DNA from: Sphyrna mokarran
Taxonomy: Eukaryota
Direction of reading: 5' to 3'
NCBI GenBank assembly: GCA_024679065.1
Contig: JAGIQG010000034.1
Span: 13,516,001 to 13,580,000, forward strand
DNA: 64,000 nucleotides
The translations under genes and the position numbers were made by a program. Within the stretch, counting starts at the first letter, position 1. The number at the start of each line of letters is the position of its first letter. Below are positions 39,401 to 51,400 of this stretch, piece by piece. The notes beneath the pieces are model-generated. The model worked only from the letters and a program-made list of their open reading frames with translations. It did no database searches and was not told where the DNA came from.

Positions 39401-42400
39401 ATAATATCTGCAAATAACTTGGAGTATGCTTGACCAAAGAAGGTCTGAAAGCTTGTTTTATTTCTCGTAGTCTTGGATAGAATTTTCTTAATTCCAAATG
39501 AATTTTAGATCTCAGATTTCCTCCTCAGCTCTGCCTTGTATGCAGACTGGTCTTTATGAATCATTTAAAGCCTTTTGAGTAAGATGTTTGCATATTTTGC
39601 TTTTTTTTATATTTCCCTCCTCGATGGTGTAGCGTTTAGGGCCCTTCACTTGAGTCACAGTAACCATGGTAACTATACATGCTGGCGATGGTACGCAAGG
39701 GGTAAGTGAACCAAGAAAAACAAAACAAACGAACACAAAACAAAAAGGAAACCCATCTGCCATTTCACGTTTAACGCTACGAATGTGACTTGACTTGTCG
39801 TTTTCCCCCTTTCCAATGCTGTTTTTTGGTGCCGCCTGTACTCGATTGTACATTTATTTATTTGTTTTTTTAAGCAGCCTGAGCTATATTTAGTAGTTGA
39901 TTGATGGTGACTCCTACACATCTTACTCAGAGTTTTAACGACGGTTTTGCTGATTAATGCACCCTTTCTTTGTGTTTGTTTGTCCTTGTTCCCGTCTCTT
40001 CCCCCTTTCCTTGTATGTCACGCCTGTGAATGGTTACTCTGTTTCTCTGGGATTGTGCCTCTTTTTCTATTGGCTCAATGTGTGGCTTCTCCAATGGTTC
40101 TTGGCCCTCCTTGGTGCTCATGTTGCACACTGCTGGAAAACTGACTTTTGCCCCTCACCTAATGTTTAAAAACCTTCACTACTATCTTTTGTTTTAAAAT
40201 TTTTAATGTTCCTTTGGCATGTTCCTTGTTTCATTGTTTTGTTCCATGGTTTTTAGATCTGTTTGTGTGTGGCCAAACAAAGGTAAACCTTGTATTTCTC
40301 AGGCTAGTAATTGTGTGCAGACTTGATGAGTGAGAGTGTATTTTGCAAAGTGTTCTGATTGAATCCCTGCTCAAAGACCATCCATTTAATAAAAATTAAA
40401 CTGTTCTTCTTTTAACAAATGTTTTATTCCAAGTCAAAAGCATGGGAAAACGTCTTTGGAAATACCTTTTTTTCTCTATTTGGAAGCATTCGTTAAATTG
40501 GATGTTGTTTCGTTGTCTGGTTTGTTTTAAAATTCTCTCCTGCAAGTGCTGATTCATTCTGTCTTACTGTTCCAAGGCCACTAGTAGCTCACCAAAGTGG
40601 CACTGTTCACCTATGAGGCTAGAGTGTCATTTAGTTGTGCGGTTGTAAAGGGATATCACAACTAAGCCTAATTCTTCCCTCATCTGACGTCCATGTATAT
40701 GTGTTGCCAGGAATAGTCACTGGTCAGCAGCAGTGAGAGAATATTAATTGTTTCTCTCCCTTCTTAATCCCAATGACACTGACCCCAATTGCTGAAGTGC
40801 CCTTGCTGCCAGGTTGCCATTTTCTGGCTCCTAAATTGAACCTTCCTGCTCCATATGCATACACACAGTTTGCCATTAAATCAGTTGGAGAGCATATTAT
40901 TCAGTTTTATTATTTTTAAGCATAATTTCTAATGTTAGAGTTAACTGTAGTCAGGTCAGGAGACAAATAAGATGGAAAGACAACACAAAAGTGCTTCCTA
41001 ATGACATGGACTTCACTAGCAACATGGCACAAGTCAGTGTTAGAATGGTTGGAAGAAGCTAGTAGTGGCAATGTCCAGTGGATGAGCTCCTAGACCATAA
41101 CTGTCAAATATGGCTCATTAGTTAATCCTTTTAGTACAATATCTCATGGTACTGTATATAATTCTGTCTAATGATTGAAGGGGTAAGAATAACCCCTGTC
41201 TAACCAGATCTGGGGAAACATGGTTCTAAATGGTGGAGAGGCTAGTTCCCCTCACCCCAAACTTCCAAAACTTGAAAGACAAGTAGATTAACTTTTTGGA
41301 GTGTGAGTGTTATTTAATAGTGGAAAAACATCCTGTTAAAATATCATTCTGCTCCTGATGTTTCTTTTGATAATCTGCACTTAATAGAAATTTTCCTTGT
41401 ATAGCTACATATGACCAAATATTGATGCAATCAGACCATTTATTTGTCCAGGATATACCAAGATAAATGCAACTTGCAAGTAATGCTAAGTTCATTCATG
41501 ACAGTTGTAGGAGCCCTGGAAAGTTCAATTCTTGATGCATTTAAATTCATCACTCACTGAAAGGCAATTTAATTGTTTATGAAGAAAGATGCTTGCCGTC
41601 TTTGTGCCACCTAGAAGCTTGTCCTGTGTGATTTAAGAAGGCTTGAAGGAGTCAGCACATGTAGTGAACATCGCAAGTATAAATCTTGCACAGTAAATAA
41701 AAAGGAACAGTCTCTGCAGTAACTTTGTAAACGCACTCAAACTCTTGGGGTTAATTTGAAGCACAAAAATGTTGATCTCAAAGAATCTTGTAGCATATTA
41801 GATTTGTTGGGACTTTGAATAAAGTTATAGAACATAGAACTTAGAACATTATAGTGCAGTATAGGTCCTTCAGCCCTCGATGTTGCGCCGACCAGTGGAA
41901 CCATCTAATGACCCTCTAACCTAAATTATTCCAGTGTTATCCATATGCCTATCCACTGACCATCTGAACGCCCTTAAACTTGGCGAGTCCACAATTGCTG
42001 CAGGCAGGGCATTCCAAGCTTTTACTACCCTCTGAGTAAAGAACCTACCTCTGAAGTCCATCCTATAACTACTACCTCTTAATTTAAAGCTATGTCCCTT
42101 TGTGTTAGCCATCACCATCCGAGCAAAAAGGCTCTCACTGTCCATCCTATCTAACCTTCTGATCATCATGTATGTTGTTAAGTTATCCGATTAGCCCACC
42201 TTGCTCTTACACCATGCATTTTTTCCTCCAAGTATTTGTCCTGTTCCCTTTAAATCTGTTACTATGACTCTAATTGGCTATGCTGGATTATCACAAAGTG
42301 CATCTCTTTTGTACCCTCACAAAGTTTTTAACATCCTCCTTATTTAAAACATTAGCTTCCTTGCCTTTATTTAGAAAGTAAGGAATGTCTTGTGCCTAAT

Positions 42401-45400
42401 TAACAAGATGCTTTGCCATCTTCAAAGATTGTGTATGCACATACCTAGGTCTGTTCCCTTTAAAAAATGTAGAATTTACATTATTACCTCCTCTTACCCT
42501 CCCAAGTGAATCACTTTATTCTTTCTGCATTAAGTTTGATCTGCTCATTTCACCAGTCTGTCAATAAGTCTGTTAGCTGTCCTCTACATTTACTACATTT
42601 CCAAACCCAACTGTTGCATGTGTCTGACTGTGTAATACTGATGGTGTCAGAACACAAACGGTCCCACAGTTCATTTCCAGAACCATACTAGGCACAAACA
42701 CCTCCTAAGCTTCATTCTCTTTGAAAGTAGAATCCATCATTTATTACAGAGACTCGTTCCATCTGATGAGATCAATAGTTTCTCCAATCACCTTGTCATT
42801 CTAACCAAATAAAATATCTAACTAATCATTCACTCAATCATCCAGACAGACATAGCTGTAAAAAAAAAGCCTGCATATCGTGTTGATCTGTTGCAAGTAG
42901 ATTTTAGAATGATTTTAGTAACTATATCAGTATGAACCTATGAATTCAATTATTTTAATTTTATATGGATAACAGGAAAAAGATTGCCTGAGAAACAATG
43001 GTTTATGTTTGAGTGTCCTTGTTGAAAATATATAAAGATTTTTGCAATTCATTAATAGATTGTGAAAATTAATTTCAAAAGTAATTTGTAACTTTGTCTT
43101 CTAATTCAGACTTAATGTTATAACATCATAATTAAGCTAAATCACTCTTGTTTTTGCAAGACTTTGTTTTTAAAATCTGTGCCCTTTTCCTTGTCTGACA
43201 TGCTGGTTCTTTGTCAATCTGTACGTCTCAGGTAAACAATGCCACAGCTCGCGTGATGACTAATAAGAAGATGGTCAGCCCTTATGCAAATGGTAATTAT
43301 TTCAGAAATTTGACACGTGAATTTAAAAAGATGTTTTTGTGTATTTCACATATTCCATGAAGGCAGTATTTCTACATGTACTCTTGATTCTTAAAGAAAC
43401 AAAGCTTTATTTACCTGTGGACTTGCTTTTCTGTAAACACTTGAGTAATTTATTGGACACAGTTGAAAAGGTCATTAATCTTTAACCTAAATGCTTATTT
43501 ACTCTATGTGGTGTAGCACTGCATCCTACAGATTAGGATAGTCCCATATTAACTGCCTGGATTGGAACTGGTATGTCAGTAGAAGTTATGGTTTTGTTTC
43601 TCCAGCATGGGAATAAGTAGACCAATGAAGGGTTTTCCTCATGCTCTCTATCCAGTAGCCCCTGCTGAGATATGGGTCTTTGTGCATCTCTGGATTTATG
43701 AAGATGAACATTTGGAGGAAAGTGTCAAATAAGGTGGCTAAGACGTAGGTTTCCTCCGAGTGCTCCAGTTTCCTCCCACAGTCTGAAAGCCGTGTTGTTT
43801 GGTGCATTGATCATGCTACATTCTTCCTTGGTACACCCGAAAAGATGCCAGAATTTAGCAACTAGGGGATTTTCACAGTAACTTCATTGCAGTGTTAATG
43901 TCAGCCTTTATCTGTGATACTAATAAATAAATATTTAAAAATTTGCAGGTCAGGCAGAACTGAGAGAGAGAAATAAAAATTGAATAAATAAGTTGACTAT
44001 CTTTCATCAGAGAATGTCTCCTAATTAGATTCGCTGGCCTTGGTTTATCTCTCTCTCTAGATGATGGGCCAGGCTGCTTTTTCGTTCTGGTGGGTGGCAC
44101 AGTGGGTAGCACTGCTGCCTCACTTAGAGAGCGACCTAAGTTCAATTTTGGCCTTGATTGCTGTCTGTGTGGAGTCTGCACATTCTTCCCATGTCTGCAT
44201 GGGTTTCCTCCGGTGTCCTCCGGTTTCCTCCCACACTCCAAATATATACAGGTTAGATGGATTGGCCATGGTAAATTGCTCCTGAATATTAGGGGGTCTA
44301 ACTGCAAATACGTGAGACTACAGGATAGGGTCTGAGTGGGATTGTTGCCGATAGAGGATCGGTGGGCCGAATGGCTTTTCTCTGCGCTGTGGGATGTATG
44401 ATTTCTATGAAAATCATAGAAAGCTGGGGCAGTCAGTACCTGATTCCTCCTCCTTATCCTTCTGTTCAGAAGCTGTTGTTTGAGAGTTGAGTTTGGCTGT
44501 GATGACCTCACAGAGAAGTAACTGGCCAATGTTTCAGTGAAATGGATCAAGTGTAACTGTTTGACCCCTTGAGCCAGCTTTACAGTTCACTTTGGTCATG
44601 GTTGAAGCTCAATATCCCTGAGCACCTTTAGAGTCTTGAAATCTATCTATTTCCTTCTTAAATATATTCAGTGATTTGGCTCCCAAAGCCTTCAATGGTA
44701 GAGAATTCTAGAAATTCACTGCCGTCTGAGCAAAGAAATTATCTGTGCTAAATGGCCAATCTTGTATCCTGAGACTGTGACATATTGTTTGAGATCTCCT
44801 ACTCTCCCAGCTAGGGGGACATCATCCCTGCATTTAGTCTGTCTACCCTTGTCAAACTTTTCTCTCCTTCTTCTAAACTCAATTAAATAAAAGCTAGTTG
44901 ACTTACTGTCTCCTCATACGACAATCCTGCCATCCCAGGAATCAAGCTGGTGAACTTTTGCTTCACTCCCTCTGTGGCAATTATGTCCTTACTTGGGTCT
45001 GGAGGCCAAACCTGCGCACACTACTCCCAAATGTGATATCAAGAGTTAAAACTCAACTCTGAAGAGTGGCCATTCTAGTGAAGTACCAGGAAGCTGGGGG
45101 CTTTTCATCCCTCATTTGTCGTGGAGACTGTGCTTCTATTGTATCTTCAAGAAAAACACTTGGGGGAGAGAAAAATAAGTTAGTTATGTAGTTAGATTAT
45201 TCAGCTCTGTATGCAAGGACAGGAAAGTACAATTCTGGACCAGCATTGCTTACTAATCTTTGGAATGACCACAGTACAGACTGCTTTTTGCTCTTTCAAT
45301 GTGTAGTGGAACAATGGGCAATGGTTTTAAAAAACATTTTGAGAAGCAGGAGGAAAGGGAGGGATCTGAACACGTGCCTCAAATGTAAGTTGTTCTGAAA

Positions 45401-48400
45401 AATGATCCCAATCATTGTCTGATTTAGCAATTTAGAATGTCAATATAATATAAGGATATAAGCCAAAAGAAACTCTGCTGAGGATTTGCTGTGCATGGGT
45501 GAGAACTTAGTTAGAGCTGGTTGGTAATTCCTGGTTGCTAAGTATAAAAAGAAGTACATCTATCAGAAGGAATGTAAACATTGATCATAAATATGAGCGT
45601 TTAAAAAAAAAGGTGAAGCTTCATAGTCAGAAGAGCAGATGATTAATTGGTGGTGCCTGATTAAGATCTTGTTAGATGTGCACACAGAGGCAGCTTAGAC
45701 CTGACAGTAGGGACTAGGGACCATCTCCATATATTAGTGATTCTTGAAGTGATGTGTCTTAATAATATTTAAATGGCCATAAATCATAGAAATCCTACAG
45801 TGCAAAGGAAGCCATTGAGTCTGCATGCGCAACATCCATCCAGGCTCTATCCCTGTACCACCACATATTTACACTAATAATCCCCCTGATAATTCTTTAA
45901 CACTAAGGAACAACTTAGCATGGCCAATACACCTAACTTGCACATCTTTGGACTGAGAGAGAAAACTGGAGAACATGAAGGAAACCCATGCAGGTATAGA
46001 GAGAATGTGCAGACTTCACACGGACAGTGACCCAAGATGTGTATCAATCCCAGGTCCCTGACGCTCTGAGGCAACAGCACTCACTACTGTGCTACCGTGT
46101 TTTAAACGTTTGGAATGCAGGTAATATCCCAAATCTGACATCTTTGGGATCAGGGCCTTGCTTGATTTTGGTTCCGCCTGAATTTTGGAACCAGCTGCTT
46201 CACACAGGCTGTCTCTGTAGCTTTGCATAGATCATTAATGTCAATATAGATAATCAGGTGTAGATTATGGAATGGGAAGTGTTAATGTGTTCTCATAACC
46301 ATTATGCCAAAAGCTTAAAAGATTTAAAAATTTGATTGGGTAAATTTTTGAAAATCTATTGGCTGCCATAACAGGGACATATTGGATTCACTCACCTGAG
46401 TGCAACAGGCAGTGTTGCAGCTAGAATTTCCTGCAGATGGAGCAGGCAACTTTGTGTTTGGAGAATAGAGAGGGCCATGGGAAGGTAGATCATAAAGTGC
46501 TGCATTGGATTCAGGTCTTGTTGTGCATAACTCTTGCTGATTCCAACGTTGGAGAATGTCCAGAATTGAACACACTTTGTTTTTGAATAGCTGGATTTGT
46601 GAAACTGTACCTATATTCAAAATGTTTAAATACAAGATGCAGCCACAATTCCACACAGCAAGAGAGAGTAATTGCAGTTGTGGAGTTGAGAACTGCCAAT
46701 GAAGGTTGGATAGTTCTCCAAAGACAGGAGGAAAATAAGTGTTTGGGTCACTGTGGGGATAATCTTCCTCTCATGGAAGACTAACGTTGACGCAATACAA
46801 ATTTAATACAAATTATTTGAATACAATTTACCATATCCTTCAATTAAGCTAGCGAAATTAACTTTGACAAGGGTCATCTGGAGTCAAAACGTCAGTTCTT
46901 TTCTCTCCTTATAGATGCTGCCAGATCTGCTTAGATTTCCCAGCATTTTCTCTTTTGGTTTCAGATTCCAGCATCCACAGTAATTTGCTTTTAGCTAGGT
47001 TATTTACCTGGATGGAATCAACATTATTATCTTTTAAAAGAGCCATATGTATCTGATACCTGTGGCAATACAAGCACTGGCACGTCCAATAACTGGCATG
47101 CCAGGTGGAGAGCTGAGAGGTGCCATTCTAGCTTTAGTACGTGTAAAATAGCTGAACTCACTGGCATACAGCTTTAAAAACACCACACTTGGTTCTGGAC
47201 TGTCCATTTCAGATGATAATGATTCAAGTATGGGGAGTAAATTTTTGAAGAGAATAATGAGCTCAGTGATGATTCATACAATGGTCATTGCTGACAGATG
47301 GCATGGATTAATAACATTGGCCAATAAAATAACTCATGAGACAGAACAATACCACAGCCGAGGTTTTAGTACAAGTTTCATATTAGCTTCTGGAATAAAT
47401 GTATTTTCTTTTTTACTTTATATTTCCCTACTTTCAATTTTCTTCCCATGCCCTAAGCACGTCAACTAAGAGACAGGCTTCAGGTTCTCTGGAGACTAGA
47501 CACCCTCCAAATGGTCATTGTTAATGTGTGAGACCAGATAGTAAATGTTCTTTTGTAGGGAATATCAGAACTGAGCTCAGTTGTGTGTTCCTTTGATGTC
47601 CTTGCATACAACCCAGGAAAGAGTGTTCGGTGGTGATCTGTAGCATAATTTTTGGCTCTTACAGCGTCGATGAGGTCAGTTGTAGCTCCATGCCTTAGAG
47701 TCATAGAGGTTTACAGCACGGAAACAGGCCCTTAGGCCAAACTTGTCCATGCTGCCCTTTTTTTTTTTGCTAAAAAAACTCTAAGCTAATTCCAATTGCC
47801 TGCATTTGGCCCATATCCCTCTATACCCATCATACCCATGTAACTATTTAAATGTTTTTTAAAAGACAAAATTGTACCCATCTCCACTACTAACTCTGGC
47901 AGCTTGTTCCAGATACACACCAGTCTCTGTGTGAAAAGAATTGCCCGTCTGGACACTTTTGTATCTCTCCCCTCTCATCTTAAACCTATGCCCTCTAGAT
48001 TTAGATTCCCCTATCGTTGGAAAAGATATTGACTGTCTAGCTGATCTGTGCCCCTCATTATGTTATAGACCTCAGTAAGATCATTCCTCAGCCTCCTATG
48101 CTCCAGAGGAAAAAGTTCCCAGTCTATCCAGCCTCTCGTTATAACTCAATCCATCAAGCCCTAGTAGCGCCCTAGTAAACCTTTTCTGCCTTCACTTGGC
48201 TTGACTGAGATCAGCTAATATGCAGGCCAGAGATTGAACCTGGGACATTCATGAATTGTATTCTTCAACTTATTGCTTTGACCGCCTGAACCATCAGATG
48301 TGTATGGGATACATTTAAAATTATTACTCAGGTGTCTTTTTACAACTACAAGCCTGTAATAAGTTTTGAAGCGTTGTTGTTACATTAATACTTAAGTAAT

Positions 48401-51400
48401 GGGTATTTAAGGAGGTGGGTAAGTGGAACTGATCCACTTCAAATCAGCCATGATCTTACTGAATAAGGCAGGGACGAAGGGCTAGATGGCCTATTCCTAT
48501 TTCTCATGTTCTTATGCTCAGTGGAAGCTGAGACTGATGCATCATTCTGTAAGTGATGGGAACAATTTTTTTCCTGTGCCAAGTGGCTGTTTTCAAGTCG
48601 AAATCTGGACAGTCAACGTTAGCAGCCAGTTCAAATGTCAATTCAAGATTGTTTGATGTTGCAGGGAAATCTGATTTTCCCTCTGCTGACATCCAAGCCT
48701 TGGATATTCTAGCAGCTCTATGGGAGCTCTTTGCCAGTTTAGGGCATTAAAGGCTGTAATCTGGTAATTCAGCATGTATTAGAGAGTGTAATTGTAACTA
48801 TATAATCTCTTTGGCTCAGAGCCACACTGGATGGTGTTTTAACCTCTAGGTTGCAAGGAGCTGGTTTCCTCTATTGGCTTCTTAACCCCTAATACCTTAA
48901 ATTTTGCATAAGTTTGCTTGTCCCTCCCTATTCTATCTCTGCCATCTCCTCCAGGCTTGCAACTGTTCCTCACTCTGAACTCCCAAAGTCTCTATTTTTC
49001 TGATCCCAGGCTCTTGTATTTCCTTGTTTTGTCTTTAGTTGCAGAAGTACCAAGCTCCGGAATTCCTTCTACTTCCCAGTTCCTGCTACCCCTCCTCTAA
49101 AACTCTCCTTCACACATACCTCTGAGCAAGTTTGAACATTAATTTGGAAGTAATGGAAATCATTTCTGAGAGTGCACGTTAAGTGGATATTCCAGATGAT
49201 TTGCCAATGCAGCTCAGGTTTATTTTTCTGCCAGTGTCTCCCTCCATTGAAGGCGTTGCCCGTTTGCTCACAGATGCCAATTGCCCTCTGGAACAATGGC
49301 ATGTGACTTTCTACTTACCTCAGACACTTTGCCAATATACTTTCACAGTTGCCCTCCAGCGTTTGGCCAAGTGCTTGTGTGTGAGTCCTAATAGTGAGCG
49401 ATAGATGCTGGCCCTTTGTTCATTTCCAGCATTGGGTTTTTTTCCCAGGGCTGGTGAGGGTAATTGCTGGTAACAGAGGTCCAACATATAAACTTGCTGG
49501 TTACTCTAGCTCATTAAATAATGTTACTGGTTATTGGGTAGCTCTGCACCAGAGATTAATACTTGAAAGGTTAGTATTTATCAATATCGTTTATTGCTGG
49601 TGAATTGTTGAGTGCCCTTTGTTTCAGATTGAAGCTTGATGTTGCATTCATCTTGGTTTGATATTTAATTTGCAGGCTGGAAGCTCAGCCCTGTGGTCGG
49701 TGCTGTTTACAGCCCTGAATTTTATGCAGGTAAATATTCTATTTATAACCTTCAGCATAATTCACTGTTTTAAAGAAAATATCACCAAGGATTTAATTAA
49801 ATTGGGTTCTTTTGAATTGTGAAAATTTTAATCTTATTAAAAATGGAACTGTGGCAAATGACATTCTCCCTCAGCCAGGGTCCCAAGTTCACCTTGCTAA
49901 GCACAGGCTAGAGGCCTGCTGGGCTACACAATTTACAGCGTTACACATTGTCTTTTTGTGATTGAGTTATTGTGAGTCATTGAGCGTACGTGGGATCTGT
50001 GGTATTATTAATCAGCTACTGAAATTAGTCATTAAGGATGTTCTAGCTTAGGACTACTGCTTAGATACTACTTTGTTCTTGGGTGAAGATTTTTGTTCCA
50101 ATAAGTACTGCCTAGTTCTTCATCTCAAGAGGAGTGCATATAATAAACCTTTAGTTTGGTTTATAAAGAAAAAAGTACTGGATACATTCAGAATTCTTAA
50201 AAAGTGAACAAAATTACAATAATGTAGGGGGATTAGAAAATTGGACATAGTCCATTAAGCAGTTCTAATGAATTATTCAGACTATGATGAATGTTTTATG
50301 ATGGTATATTTATATAGTGTGGTTTTACTTACAAAATTGCAGTCTAATGTAAAGTACACAGCATACTTATCTTAAAGCACTGCTGAACAAGAGAAGGCAT
50401 TAATACTGCTTGTGTGATGCTATGTATTTTCAGGTCCTGCATCGCTATCATCGTTACCCTTTCACCTACACCCCGTTGCTTCTACAGCGCTCAGCCCAAC
50501 ACACAATGGTAAGACCAGTCTAATATTCTGTCTGAATAAACTGCGCTATATATTATGAAGAGTTAACTGCCACTATTGGGTTTGAGACCCACTACAGTCT
50601 CTGATATTGCTTCGTAAAAATGTTTGAGCTTTGTAATTATAGTTTGTGACATCAAAAATACTTGGATTGAATTTGATGACCTGTGATTTGTTGCTGTCCT
50701 GTTGTTATAATCCATCTGTCTCCATGCTTTACGCTTCAAATTTCTGGCTCAATTCAAGTTTTGCTTACAGTATTTTTGGTGATTCAGTTCGAATAGCACT
50801 CCGCATGACATTCCAATTTATTGTCAAGATGAGGGAGCCTTGATTAAAGGCCTTTACATATATGCATACCATCATTTTACAGATAGTTGCATTGTGAAGC
50901 ACTACATGAACTAGGTGCAGAGTAAAGCTTCCTTTATTTTGCCCCAATCTCAGAATCAATTCCAACTGCATCAACGTAACGGAAGGCTGGTGTAGCAAAT
51001 GGAACAAAGCGATTATGAATGTATAAACGATGCCCAGCTGATCTACTGAGCATGTCCTATATTTGCAGTACTCTCATTCTGGCCTGCTTTTAATTGTTCA
51101 ATCAAAAGTGGTTGTGTCTTCCAACTGCCAAGGCCCTAAGCTCTGGAATTCACTCCCAAAACCCCTCTAGCTCCCTCTTCTTAAAAGCTAGTTTCTGTCC
51201 TTGTGTGTTCATCTTGATTACTTGCTTTTAACAATATATTGTAACATCCTGGTTGCTTTTATAATGGCCTCGCAGCACTCTTTATAGACAACAATTCCCA
51301 GATTCACCTCCATTCAGCAGCTATGAGCATGCATGGTGTATATACACTGCATATTGATGTGAGTCTTTCCATTTTATATAGACCCCTAATTTGTAATAAC

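Noticed and set aside
44088-44165. tRNA-like A/B boxes here and at 11335, 36030 and other SINE heads
   Set aside because: These are SINE heads with no intact cloverleaf, followed by SINE body.
43873-44550. Longest ORF in the track (225 aa, minus strand)
   Set aside because: It reads through antisense V-SINE copies and has no protein-like features. The same applies to most 60-190 aa ORFs in the track.
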